From a virus: a stretch of 64,000 bases of DNA. Every line of letters begins with the position of its first letter. Position 1 is the first letter of the stretch. A program made the position numbers and the translations under genes. Below are positions 8,697 through 18,439 of the stretch, in pieces. The stretch is from positions 32,001-96,000 of the IMG/VR virus record IMGVR_UViG_3300028920_000038. One strand, written 5' to 3'. The notes under the pieces are model-generated. The model did not search any database, was not told where the DNA came from, and was given only the letters and a program-made list of their open reading frames with translations.

Positions 8697-9733
8697 TATT
8701 AAAGAGTTTATATTATGATCCAAACGGAATTGCAAGAGGAATTGTTGAGAACAATAGTAGGCAATATAACGTCTCCATCTGTCGTGAATTTAACCGTAGT
8801 TGGTGTTCATGCGCCTACAATCTTTTCAATAAGAGTCCTTGCAAACACATAATGTTTTTACTTGGTGAAGTGGATTTGAATAAAATGGTAAAGAAGAAAA
8901 TTTTAGATAGATTAGAAACAGGTTGTAAAACAATAGATGATCTTCTAGCTGGAGGTGTTCCATACTCTATTGTATCTGGAGTATATGGTAAACCAATGGC
9001 TGGTAAGTCGATGTTTTGTTATCAGATAGCTCTTGCTAACATTAAAGATAATGATAGAAAAGTTCTGTATATAGATACAGAAGGAATTAGAGTTACTGAT
9101 ATTAGAAGATTAATGTATAAATTTGGTGAGAGATTTGATTTAAAACCAGAAGAGATTAATAATAAAATAGAAATTATTAGTACTCTTGGTGATGTTCAAT
9201 TAAAATCTCTACAGAAATTGTTTAGAATGTTCGGTGAAATGGTTACACTCGATCAGTCAAAAGGAGGTAAATACACTCCTCACTTTGAAGTTTGTCATCC
9301 TACATATGATGATAAGAAGCTTGGAGAATATTCTATGATTATCATTGATTCATTATCAAAACCAATCAAAGATGCCATAGGTTCTAATACACCTAATCTA
9401 CCTGCTAGATCTCAGATACAGGAGAGACTATTCGGTATGCTAACACACAAAGCTATGATGCATAATCTAGCAATTATAATTAATCATCATACTACAAGAA
9501 ATCCTGCTATGCCTTTCGGTGAAGACTTCGGAACTCCTTCTGGTGGAGATGCTATTATGTATAATACCAAATATGTCCTGGAATTCTGGACAGCTACTAA
9601 TAAGATTAAGAATGATTCCAATTGGGGTATTGAAGCAAGACGAGTTAGATTATTCCGACATCCAACAGAACAAGTTACTGGAGAATGGCAAGTAGTAAGG
9701 CTCAAGAAAGATTACGGATATACGGATGAATAA
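8693..9733 (+). CDS. radA: RadA/Rad51-family recombinase with N-terminal SWIM zinc finger
   Basis: ETGCKTIDDLLAGG, Walker A GKPMAGKS, YIDTEG, Walker B IIIDS; N-terminal WCSC-x9-CKH. Confidence 0.85.
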   Translation: MILKSLYYDPNGIARGIVENNSRQYNVSICREFNRSWCSCAYNLFNKSPCKHIMFLLGEVDLNKMVKKKILDRLETGCKTIDDLLAGGVPYSIVSGVYGKPMAGKSMFCYQIALANIKDNDRKVLYIDTEGIRVTDIRRLMYKFGERFDLKPEEINNKIEIISTLGDVQLKSLQKLFRMFGEMVTLDQSKGGKYTPHFEVCHPTYDDKKLGEYSMIIIDSLSKPIKDAIGSNTPNLPARSQIQERLFGMLTHKAMMHNLAIIINHHTTRNPAMPFGEDFGTPSGGDAIMYNTKYVLEFWTATNKIKNDSNWGIEARRVRLFRHPTEQVTGEWQVVRLKKDYGYTDE

Positions 9734-9947
9734 AGATATGTATAGTGTGTTTAGAGATAAAGTAAAAATACTCGAAAGAGAATTTAAAAAAAGATTCGGT
9801 GATAAAGACTACACTGTTAATATAACTATGTGGAATGACGAAGATTTTCAGATAATCTTGTGGTATTCTACAGGAAATAGACTGATTCATAGATTATCTT
9901 TATCCTCAGATAATTCAGATATATTGTATTCAAAGGAAAAGATATGA
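9726..9947 (+). CDS. Hypothetical protein
   Basis: ORF track. Confidence 0.5.
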   Translation: MNKDMYSVFRDKVKILEREFKKRFGDKDYTVNITMWNDEDFQIILWYSTGNRLIHRLSLSSDNSDILYSKEKI

Positions 9948-10475
9948 TTGATATTAATAGAATTAAAGAGATAGCAAAGAAGATAGCAAGAAATGACAAA
10001 AAATGGGTGATAAATAAAAAATGAAATGTCCTGAATGTGGAAAAGAACTTGGCGAAGGAAGTTATGTGGATATGATTCGCATAGGTTGGTGTTGTTCTGA
10101 TTGTAATGTAAAAATTTATAAAGAGATTTATGAGTAATAATTATGGTTATAGTATGTCCTAATTGTGGCTATCATATAAAATTAAGCAGCAGTCTAATTC
10201 ATTATATAAATGAATGTCCGAAGTGTGGAACATTCTTATCAAATGACGGAGTTGGTTGTTATAAGTAGAGTAAGACAAACATGTATTAAAAGAGCAGCAC
10301 TAGAGATTATGGAACGATTTCCAGATAAACTTGGAGGATCTTTTGAAATGAATAGAGAATTCATACGTTCCGTAATGAATGGTAACAAGAGATTAATAAA
10401 TAGAATATCGGGATATACAGTGAGATTATATAATAAGAAAAAGAAGAATGCAGAATCCATTACAAAGGGATATGT

Positions 10476-10931
10476 ATGAGAACACGTGTAACAAGAAAAC
10501 ATATCGAAAGTGCTAAAAAGAAATTAGAAGGTAAACATAGGTGCCTTTATTGTAATTATGCACATGATGATATAGAAGTATTAAAAAGACATGAAGCTAA
10601 AATGCACGGATGTTTTAGAGATAAGAATCCAAGACATCCATCAGTTAAATCAGAACAATTAAAAACCAGACCTAAAGGACCACCTTCTGAAGATAGAATA
10701 CTTAAACGAGCAGATGTATTCAAAGTTGGTGATATTGGTATTTGTGTAACTTACGAATGGGATGATAAGATAGAAAAATACCGAATGTATACAGATGATT
10801 TAAAATACAGAGATCATTTAGAAATTGTAGAAAAAGAAGGTCTAAAAGAATTTGGTATTAAAGATATAGAAAATCTAAGAGAAGAGTATAAGAACAGGCA
10901 CACTAATAAGGACGTGATTAAATTAGAGTAA
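10476..10931 (+). CDS. C2H2 zinc-finger protein
   Basis: CLYC-x12-H-x4-H. Confidence 0.6.
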   Translation: MRTRVTRKHIESAKKKLEGKHRCLYCNYAHDDIEVLKRHEAKMHGCFRDKNPRHPSVKSEQLKTRPKGPPSEDRILKRADVFKVGDIGICVTYEWDDKIEKYRMYTDDLKYRDHLEIVEKEGLKEFGIKDIENLREEYKNRHTNKDVIKLE

Positions 10932-11146
10932 TTGATTATCTTAAGTGTGAATGTGGAGGATTATTCTATCAAAGAAATATTTCTGAAAGCAGATCAGAAC
11001 CATTTAAGATTGTAAGGTCTAGAAAATGTAATAAGTGTGGTAAAGTAGTACGTACTATTGAAATTACATTAGAATCTTACGATCAATCTGTGTCATTATT
11101 GAATAAAATTATTGAACTTATTAAGACCACCCAGTTAAAAAAATAG
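10931..11146 (+). CDS. NrdR-like zinc-ribbon protein (probable ATT start, missed by the ORF track)
   Basis: CEC...RSRKCNKCGKVVRTIE; the start position overlaps the upstream TAA (TAATT in place of TAATG). Confidence 0.6.
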   Translation: MDYLKCECGGLFYQRNISESRSEPFKIVRSRKCNKCGKVVRTIEITLESYDQSVSLLNKIIELIKTTQLKK

Positions 11147-11225
11147 TCAAAAATTTAGTTACTGTGCTTAAATTTTAGTCGAAAATTAGTTACAGTAACA
11201 TGTAAAAATAAAACGAATGGTATAG
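11144..11225 (+). repeat. Iterated element, copy 1 (AAAATTAGTTAC-n7-n9-AAAACGAATGGTATAG plus a tandem upstream unit)
   Basis: 44-nt core at 11182-11225 recurs inverted at 52205-52248; contains the GTTAC-A-GTAAC palindrome. Confidence 0.8.
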
Positions 11226-11226
11226 T

Positions 11227-11517
11227 ATGGACCTGAATGAATTACGTGATATTTGTCATAAAATTGCAGTAGAGAAAGGTTTTTGGGAATCAAGCAAATC
11301 TACACCGATTAAGCTAATGTTAATAGTATCTGAATTAGGTGAAGCTTGTGAAGCTGATCGTAATGACGATTACGATAATTTCCGAGAAGAAATTGCAGAT
11401 ACATTCATAAGACTATTAGATCTTTGTGGACATTTGAATATAGATATTGAATACGAAATAGATAAGAAAATGGACACAAATAGAAAGAGAGCTAGACTAC
11501 ATGGAAAAAGATATTAA
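11227..11517 (+). CDS. MazG-like nucleotide pyrophosphohydrolase
   Basis: SELGEACEA...EEIADTFIRLLDL (ExxE...EExxD). Confidence 0.85.
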   Translation: MDLNELRDICHKIAVEKGFWESSKSTPIKLMLIVSELGEACEADRNDDYDNFREEIADTFIRLLDLCGHLNIDIEYEIDKKMDTNRKRARLHGKRY

Positions 11518-11735
11518 TGAAAAAAGGGGAAGTATATAAAATAGAATCGATGCCTTGTGGTCACAAGTGTTATTCAAGATTCTGTTCAATGGGAATTATT
11601 AAAGGACAGGAATTCACAGTTAAAGAATGTGAACCATATGGTCCTATAGTTATAGATGTTAAAGGAATAACATATTCTATAGGACGTGGAATGTTAGGTC
11701 ATTTGGGATTAGTAAAGATAGGTGATGCTAAATAA
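11517..11735 (+). CDS. feoA: FeoA-domain (SH3-like) protein
   Basis: RFCSMGIIKGQEFTV...PYGPIVIDVKG..YSIGRG. Confidence 0.8.
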   Translation: MKKGEVYKIESMPCGHKCYSRFCSMGIIKGQEFTVKECEPYGPIVIDVKGITYSIGRGMLGHLGLVKIGDAK

Positions 11736-12361
11736 TACTCTGCGATTCAAGAGAACCTGATGAATTAATTAAAAAATTAAAATGTAAATGTAATGCTAAA
11801 GAAGAATTTTTAGGAGTTGGAGATTATATATTCTCAGACGGCTACGCTATTGAAAGAAAGAAAGGACGAGATCTAATGGCATCAGTGATGTCTAATAGAT
11901 TATTTGAACAGCTAAATAACCTATATGAATATGATAATCCTATACTAGCAATTATATCAGAGAACATCTGGAGAGATTTTTATTACACAAAAAGTAAATA
12001 TATTCATAAGCAATACATAGGAGTGCTCTCAACTCTTACATGTAAGTATCCTAAACTTAAGATTGTTTACTTTGATACTGATGATTCTTTTATAGATTAT
12101 ATGGTTTCTTTGGATAAGAAACTAAATGAAGATGGTAAAAAAGAAAGACCTGCACCTGTAATGAGAAAAGCAAAGAGTATACAAATGAGAAAAGAGAATG
12201 CATTAACTGCAGCAGAAGGTGTAGGAATTCCTATGGCTAAAAAATTATTAAAGAAGTATGGATCTATAATTCAAATAGCTAGTGCTGAAGATGATGATAT
12301 GTTAAAAATTGATAAGTTAGGAAAGAAAACTGTTAAAAATATTAAGGAGTTGTTAAATTAG
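11732..12361 (+). CDS. XPF/ERCC4 structure-specific endonuclease with C-terminal HhH2
   Basis: Extending upstream of the track start (11876) recovers CDSRE, GDY and IERK; C-terminal GVGIPMAKKLL and KLGKKT hairpins; probable ATA start with RBS GGTGA. Confidence 0.85.
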   Translation: MILCDSREPDELIKKLKCKCNAKEEFLGVGDYIFSDGYAIERKKGRDLMASVMSNRLFEQLNNLYEYDNPILAIISENIWRDFYYTKSKYIHKQYIGVLSTLTCKYPKLKIVYFDTDDSFIDYMVSLDKKLNEDGKKERPAPVMRKAKSIQMRKENALTAAEGVGIPMAKKLLKKYGSIIQIASAEDDDMLKIDKLGKKTVKNIKELLN

Positions 12362-12645
12362 TGACCAAGAAATCAGAGACATTAAAAGAAGAAATAGAGA
12401 AACTGATTCAAGAGAGAGATTCATTAGCACTTAAAATTAATAATCTAAATGGTAAGATAGATTTAAAGACTGATGAATATTTCGAGAGTAGTGATAACTA
12501 CGTAAAAATTAAATGTCCAAACTGTGGAGGACGAGGATATGTCCAAAACCAAGAAACAGGAAAAAAGATTGTTTGCAAAGGATGCAATACCAAAGGGTAC
12601 ATCTGGTTGGAGAAATTTGAAGAATCAAAAGCGTCAGATAATTAA
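12361..12645 (+). CDS. Coiled-coil plus DnaJ-type zinc-finger protein
   Basis: CPNCGGRG and CKGCNTKG repeats; GTG start. Confidence 0.55.
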   Translation: MTKKSETLKEEIEKLIQERDSLALKINNLNGKIDLKTDEYFESSDNYVKIKCPNCGGRGYVQNQETGKKIVCKGCNTKGYIWLEKFEESKASDN

Positions 12646-12856
12646 ATCTGCCATTGAATGTTTTGTATCATTAATACTTATATTAGCTTGTACAGCTATT
12701 ATATACTTTCCATTGGTGTACCTAATTAATAATGGATATGTTATACATCCAGATAATTTATGGCTATTCTATGCAGGTTGTTTATTACTAGGATATCTGT
12801 TAGCAAATATATTATATAAACTATATGAATATTTAAAATATCGATAGAGGCATAAA

Positions 12857-13234
12857 ATGTTTAGTAAGGATATAGAATTGTCTTTTAAAAGAAAAACAGG
12901 CAGATGTTCTGTTACTATAACTAGTAATGGAGTCAAAGATTTCTATGTAGTATCTAAAAAAGATATTGACAGAATGGATTTAAATAAATCAGATCTATTC
13001 TTTAAATTCATAGACACAGAATTAAATGGAGAAAGAACAATTATATGGAATAAAGAAGCTATTGATAGCATTCTTATAGAAGAAGAATATACTATAGACA
13101 GTATGAAATGTAGAGATCAGGAAGAAGCCGAGAGTGTTATCAGTGAAATGGAAAAGAATAATTGGAATATAGAATTAATTATTTGTGAAGATGATAAAAT
13201 ATTAAAAGACTTAAAAAGAAAATATATCAAATAA
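12857..13234 (+). CDS. Hypothetical protein
   Basis: ORF track; RBS GAGG. Confidence 0.55.
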   Translation: MFSKDIELSFKRKTGRCSVTITSNGVKDFYVVSKKDIDRMDLNKSDLFFKFIDTELNGERTIIWNKEAIDSILIEEEYTIDSMKCRDQEEAESVISEMEKNNWNIELIICEDDKILKDLKRKYIK

Positions 13235-13259
13235 ACTAAAAAAAGGATGTAGACACAAA

Positions 13260-14054
13260 ATGGAAATAATAGAAGTAGAAGTTCCAAAAAATATGGACCT
13301 GTATTTTATAGGTGATACTCACATACCTAGAGGTAAGCTGAGTAAATTTAAGGCTGTTATACAAGAGATACGAAAATGTAAGGATGCCAAGGTAATTGGT
13401 TTAGGAGATTGGATTGAAGCAATTAAGTTTGGAGATCCTAGATACGATCCTGAAGAAGCAGCAGATCAAATAAAAGAGAATGACGGATATATCAATATGA
13501 TAAATGAACAGTGGGAAAAGTTTGAAGATATCATAAGACCAATAGCAGAGCAGGATAAGATTCTAGGATTACACCAAGGAAATCACGAATATCAGTACAC
13601 GAAGAGACATAGTCACAATGGCCTAAAGGAAATGTGTAAGAGATTAAGCATTAGATATTTGGATTATCTTCCTACAGTTTGGAGATTCAAATATGGAAAA
13701 ACTGAAACTAAAGCTATGACATTACATGGTATAGGATCTGGTGTAGCAGAAGGATACGAAGTGAGACAATTGGATAAACATTCAAGGATATTTGATGAAG
13801 TCGATTTAATAGCAGAAGGTCATACACATAAGTTAACTGTTAGTGTTACTTCTGATAGATTAAGAATTACTAAAGACAACGATCTGAAACAGAACATACA
13901 ATGGCGTTGTGCTTGTGGATCCTTCCTTGGAAACTACGATGTAGGAAAATCATCTTATTCAGAGAGAGCATTATATAAACCATTACCTATAGGATATGTT
14001 AAAGCTAGATTTGAATCAGCTAAATTAATAAATGCAATAGCAGTTCCGGTATAA
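13260..14054 (+). CDS. Calcineurin-like metallophosphoesterase/nuclease (Mre11/DP1-like)
   Basis: GDTH, GDWIE, GNHE, HG and GHTH motifs. Confidence 0.8.
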   Translation: MEIIEVEVPKNMDLYFIGDTHIPRGKLSKFKAVIQEIRKCKDAKVIGLGDWIEAIKFGDPRYDPEEAADQIKENDGYINMINEQWEKFEDIIRPIAEQDKILGLHQGNHEYQYTKRHSHNGLKEMCKRLSIRYLDYLPTVWRFKYGKTETKAMTLHGIGSGVAEGYEVRQLDKHSRIFDEVDLIAEGHTHKLTVSVTSDRLRITKDNDLKQNIQWRCACGSFLGNYDVGKSSYSERALYKPLPIGYVKARFESAKLINAIAVPV

Positions 14055-14257
14055 TGAAAGAATATGAAAGAGAGCACTATACATTAAGAGCATATAAAGA
14101 TGAGAGTTATGCTCTCGAAGTGTACGATCCTGTTCTTAGAACTTCAAAGTCTTACTACGATTCTTCTTGGGAGAAGCTATATCATAAAGCAAAAGAAGAA
14201 GCTTCTAATGGAAAAAGCTGTAAGATCTTTGAATTAAAGTATGAGTTTGAATATTAA
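14054..14257 (+). CDS. Hypothetical protein
   Basis: ORF track; TAATG coupling. Confidence 0.5.
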   Translation: MKEYEREHYTLRAYKDESYALEVYDPVLRTSKSYYDSSWEKLYHKAKEEASNGKSCKIFELKYEFEY

Positions 14258-14508
14258 TGAGACCATACGACAGATTTGAAATTGGAGATATAATAGAATT
14301 TAAATATAGAAATTATCCGGAAAGAGGATATATTATATTTAAAGTTATGGATAAAAAGACTAATCCATATGTAATGTATAAATTAAAACAATTAGCTAAC
14401 AAATCAAATATACATATAAACTTTGAAAATGGATGGCAATCATTTAATTTCAAGTATCATATATGTGAAAAAAAGAAAAGAGATGAAATAACGGTTGATT
14501 TATTATGA
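14257..14508 (+). CDS. SH3-like small protein with C-terminal tag (KRDEITVDLL)
   Basis: FEIGDIIEF pattern; shared C-terminus. Confidence 0.6.
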   Translation: MRPYDRFEIGDIIEFKYRNYPERGYIIFKVMDKKTNPYVMYKLKQLANKSNIHINFENGWQSFNFKYHICEKKKRDEITVDLL

Positions 14509-14816
14509 GCCACTTTAAATGTGATTGTAAAGAATTTTGTAGACACAAACCCTATGCAGAAATTTATTATCCTTCAACAGAAGAAGAGGAAGGCAAATGG
14601 TTTTACGCTTGCTTTTATCATCTGTTAGTTTTAAAGATAAAGAGATTCTTTGGTAAAACTAAACCCTTTGGCTGGTGTAAAGTAGATACAGATAGAGAAA
14701 CTTTAGAGAGAATACTCGATGAAATATACTCAATACAAAGTGATCTGTGGGATATTAAAGAGGAAATGGGTTTAAATGAAGAAGTATCTTTTGATGATTT
14801 TGGAGTATATCAATAG
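14505..14816 (+). CDS. Cys-containing hypothetical protein
   Basis: ORF track. Confidence 0.5.
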   Translation: MSHFKCDCKEFCRHKPYAEIYYPSTEEEEGKWFYACFYHLLVLKIKRFFGKTKPFGWCKVDTDRETLERILDEIYSIQSDLWDIKEEMGLNEEVSFDDFGVYQ

Positions 14817-15707
14817 ATGAATATGACAGACTTATTTAGTATCCCTTTCGGTCATAGAAAGATTGGTTATTGGAATGGAGGATTCGGAGGTCAATCTAAA
14901 GTATATACTAAAAAAGATATAATAGATTTTGTGGATGAACATCTAGGTATAGATAATATAGGATTATCTGTATGTACATATAAAGAAGATATTCCATATT
15001 TATTATTTCTACCATTTGACTTTGATTCTAAAGATCTTAAAAAATCATGGAAAGATGCTATTAAATTATTTAATCACTTTACTATTATAGGATTAGACTG
15101 TCACTTAACATTCTCAGGTAGAAAAGGATTTCATGTATTCCTTTCAGTAGTACCTAAGAATTATAATAAATATCTAATTAAAAAGATTCAAGTGTTCTTT
15201 AAAAAAGAATTAGGTCTCAAAACTATGGATCCAGCAATCTTCGGTCAGGATAATAGACTGATGAGAATACCTTACACCTTTAATATAGGTGGAGATATGT
15301 GTAAAGAAATACGTTGGAACAAAGGTAATCTATTAGATTTAGATATGATATTAGCAGGTCCAACTTATAAATCTTCTAGTTTAGATTATGACAAAGGAGG
15401 ATATCACAAGTATCCTTGTATAGAAAAACTTATAAGAGAAGATCCAGAACCTAGAGAGTTAATAAGACTATCTTATGTGGCTTTAAGATTAGATAAAGGA
15501 TGGACTGAAGAGGAAATTCTGGAAGAAATAAAGTCATTCGATTGGATAGACTTTGATGAAGAGAAAACAAGAAATAAGATTAGATATATAAGTGATGGTA
15601 ATTATAGACCATTAAGCTGCAAATCCATGGAAGAACGTGGATATTGTAAAGAACCTTGTAAATATAGAAATGGAGATAACGTTTTAGAGGAGGTTGGTAT
15701 ATTATGA
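14817..15707 (+). CDS. Archaeo-eukaryotic primase, PriS catalytic domain fused to a PriL-CTD/PriX-like domain
   Basis: DFD, SGRKGFH and RIPYTFN motifs; C-terminal YPCI...R...W.DFD..KT...Y.PLSC...GYC...C. Confidence 0.8.
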   Translation: MNMTDLFSIPFGHRKIGYWNGGFGGQSKVYTKKDIIDFVDEHLGIDNIGLSVCTYKEDIPYLLFLPFDFDSKDLKKSWKDAIKLFNHFTIIGLDCHLTFSGRKGFHVFLSVVPKNYNKYLIKKIQVFFKKELGLKTMDPAIFGQDNRLMRIPYTFNIGGDMCKEIRWNKGNLLDLDMILAGPTYKSSSLDYDKGGYHKYPCIEKLIREDPEPRELIRLSYVALRLDKGWTEEEILEEIKSFDWIDFDEEKTRNKIRYISDGNYRPLSCKSMEERGYCKEPCKYRNGDNVLEEVGIL

Positions 15708-15827
15708 GTGAAGAAGAAAGAACTTGTAGAGAATGCGGAGAACCGTTAGAAGATTACGAAGAAGATCTATGCGAAGACTGTAGAAATAATTTAGCATCAG
15801 CTATATTTAATACGGATGAAATAGACA

Positions 15828-16070
15828 ATGAATTATTTTAATATACTGGTTTGTATCGGAGGAGTTACTCTTATAGCTTATTTATTAGCTAATAAGATGA
15901 GACATATGATGAGTCAAGTAAGATTATTTAAAACTGTTACTAAAGGCGGAGATCCAGAAGATCTTCCAGATAAAGAAGAATTACAAAATTTAATTATGAC
16001 TGTAGCTAAACAGCTACACAAAAAGAAAGAAGAAGAAAAGAAAGACGGAAATAGAGGAATGTACGGTTAA
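15828..16070 (+). CDS. Small protein with N-terminal TM helix
   Basis: Hydrophobic N-terminus. Confidence 0.45.
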   Translation: MNYFNILVCIGGVTLIAYLLANKMRHMMSQVRLFKTVTKGGDPEDLPDKEELQNLIMTVAKQLHKKKEEEKKDGNRGMYG

Positions 16071-16101
16071 TGTTATTTAGCTATAAAGAGGTATAACTGA
16101 T

Positions 16102-18429
16102 ATGAAGTTGGAGCCTATTAGCGAGTTATTAGATTATAATTTTGATAAAGACTCTCTTATATACATAAGTGATGATCATTTTGTATATGGAGAGGAATTA
16201 GACGAAAGTATAATTAAAGATATAAAAGACCATACCATTCAGATATATACTGGATATTATATCCATGAAAAAGGATGGAAGAGTCCTAAGATATATCTGT
16301 TGGGGAGAGGTAAGAATTCAGGTAAAGTTAAATTGAAGATACAGAATTTCAAACCTTATTGTTATATTAAAGCGGATGATGGAGATTATAAGGATTACCT
16401 TGGTAATAAATGTAAACAAATGATCTTCGAAACTCATCCATCAAGAATAAAATTCTATAGAGAAAGGCGTAGGAAATCTCATTATCCATTACCATATGAA
16501 GCAGACATTCTCTTCGTGAGGAGATTCCTCTGTGATGTGTATGATTATTTCAAACCTAAAGAAAAGATACAACCTAGAATAGCTATCATAGATATTGAAA
16601 CAGACTATCCAGTTAGTGAAGATATTATAGCATGGTCTATTAATGACATGGAAGGAGATATTGTTTATAGATCAAAGTTTGATGGTTTGTCATCAAAAGA
16701 ATTATCCCTGGAATTATATAACAGATTATTAGAATACGACGTAGTAACTGGATGGAACATCAATTTCGATATGGAAGAATTACAAAAACAACTAGATAGA
16801 TTTGGAACAGATAAATATATAATAGCCAATGAAATAGCAAAGATAGATTTATTAATTATATCGAAAAAGATGTATGCAAAGGAAATAAAAGGAAACTGGT
16901 CATTGGATAATGTTGGTAAGAATATTTGTGGATTAGATAAAATCCATATTGGATCCAAACAGATAAGAGATTTAGATGAGCAAGAGTTATTAGAGTATAA
17001 CGTGAGAGATAGTATCATACCTGAGATCATAGATAATGTACTTGGAGGTTTAGAAGGACATTTGATTCTATCATGGAGTCTTCAATGTATATTAGATGAT
17101 ACTACTATAACAGCAGTTGTAAATGATATAGCTCTATTAAGAGCATATCACAGAGCTGGTATAGTATTACCTTCAAGAGATTATAGTAAAGATAAATCAA
17201 AGGAAGCTAAATATAAAGCAGCAGAACCTGATGCTAGACCTGGTGTCTATAGGGAAGTAATAGCCACTGATCTTGAACATGCATACCCATCTGCTGTAAT
17301 TGCTAAGAATATATCACCAGAAACTAAGGATCCAAATGGAGTTCATGAGACTCCTAATGGAATTAGATTTAATGATAAGCATAGTGTATTTATAGATACC
17401 CTTAAAGAGATCATGATAGATAGAGGAAAAATTAAGAGTGAAATGAATAAGTTGGATCCTAAAACTGAAGAATGGAAGAAACTTAAATCTATTGATTTTG
17501 CTTTGAAGACACAAGCAGCAGCATTTAGTCATGGTATATTTGGATGGTCTAATAGCAGAATGAAAGATTATGAAGTGGCAGATTCTATTACAGCAGTTGT
17601 AAGAGATTTGATAGATACAATCAAAGAAGCTTGCGATGTAATTGGAAGACCTTGGATATATGCTCATACAGATTCAGCTTATATAAATGCACCTAAATCT
17701 GAGAAAGAAAAGATAATGAATTATCTAAATAATATCATAGAAGAGCATTGTAAAGGATATCTAATTACTCCAAAATTAGACTATAAAAAATATTATAAAG
17801 TGACTTATATACATTCACCTGCCAGAAATGTCATGGTCCCAGAAGATGTGGGTATTGATGATGATGAAGAATGGGATGTAACTGGCATGAATTTTATGAG
17901 GTCAGAAACAGCAGAACCTCTTGGTAGAATAGAAATAGATTTAATAAAGATGCTATTCAAGAAAAGATCTAAAGATAGTATTTTAAGTGAATTAAAGAAT
18001 AGAATTAAAGATTTGATAAATGAAAATTCAACAGAACTCGGAGTAATAAAACCCTTAAACAAATCAATTAGTGAATATGGAAAATTAAAAAAGGATGGAG
18101 ATATGGGAGGAATTCCATACCATATTAAAGCTTTAAAGAGAGCTAATCGTGAATATGGATATTCTGTCAATGTTGGTGAGAAGTTTATGATAATTCCTAT
18201 ATATACTGATGAAACAGAAGGAGTTAGAGTTATTAGAAGAAAGAAGATATTTATGGCATATGATATAGAAAAAGGTTTACCAGATAAATATGTAATAGAT
18301 TATGAAACATATTTAAGATCAAACTTATGGGGTAAAATAAATAATATATTTGATGTATCTCCTAAGGAATTGGAGAAATGTGTTATGACAGATGATGTAA
18401 AATCTGCATTATTTGCAGGTATAATATAG
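16102..18429 (+). CDS. polB: Family B DNA polymerase with divergent polymerase motifs
   Basis: ExoI DIETD, ExoII GWNINFD, ExoIII YNVRD; PolA DLEHAYPS, PolB KTQAAAFSHG, PolC YAHTDS. Confidence 0.9.
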   Translation: MKLEPISELLDYNFDKDSLIYISDDHFVYGEELDESIIKDIKDHTIQIYTGYYIHEKGWKSPKIYLLGRGKNSGKVKLKIQNFKPYCYIKADDGDYKDYLGNKCKQMIFETHPSRIKFYRERRRKSHYPLPYEADILFVRRFLCDVYDYFKPKEKIQPRIAIIDIETDYPVSEDIIAWSINDMEGDIVYRSKFDGLSSKELSLELYNRLLEYDVVTGWNINFDMEELQKQLDRFGTDKYIIANEIAKIDLLIISKKMYAKEIKGNWSLDNVGKNICGLDKIHIGSKQIRDLDEQELLEYNVRDSIIPEIIDNVLGGLEGHLILSWSLQCILDDTTITAVVNDIALLRAYHRAGIVLPSRDYSKDKSKEAKYKAAEPDARPGVYREVIATDLEHAYPSAVIAKNISPETKDPNGVHETPNGIRFNDKHSVFIDTLKEIMIDRGKIKSEMNKLDPKTEEWKKLKSIDFALKTQAAAFSHGIFGWSNSRMKDYEVADSITAVVRDLIDTIKEACDVIGRPWIYAHTDSAYINAPKSEKEKIMNYLNNIIEEHCKGYLITPKLDYKKYYKVTYIHSPARNVMVPEDVGIDDDEEWDVTGMNFMRSETAEPLGRIEIDLIKMLFKKRSKDSILSELKNRIKDLINENSTELGVIKPLNKSISEYGKLKKDGDMGGIPYHIKALKRANREYGYSVNVGEKFMIIPIYTDETEGVRVIRRKKIFMAYDIEKGLPDKYVIDYETYLRSNLWGKINNIFDVSPKELEKCVMTDDVKSALFAGII

Positions 18430-18439
18430 GTGATATGAA

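Noticed and set aside
11876-12361. ORF-track start for the ERCC4 nuclease
   Set aside because: It omits the catalytic DSRE, GDY and ERK motifs, which lie in frame upstream to 11732.
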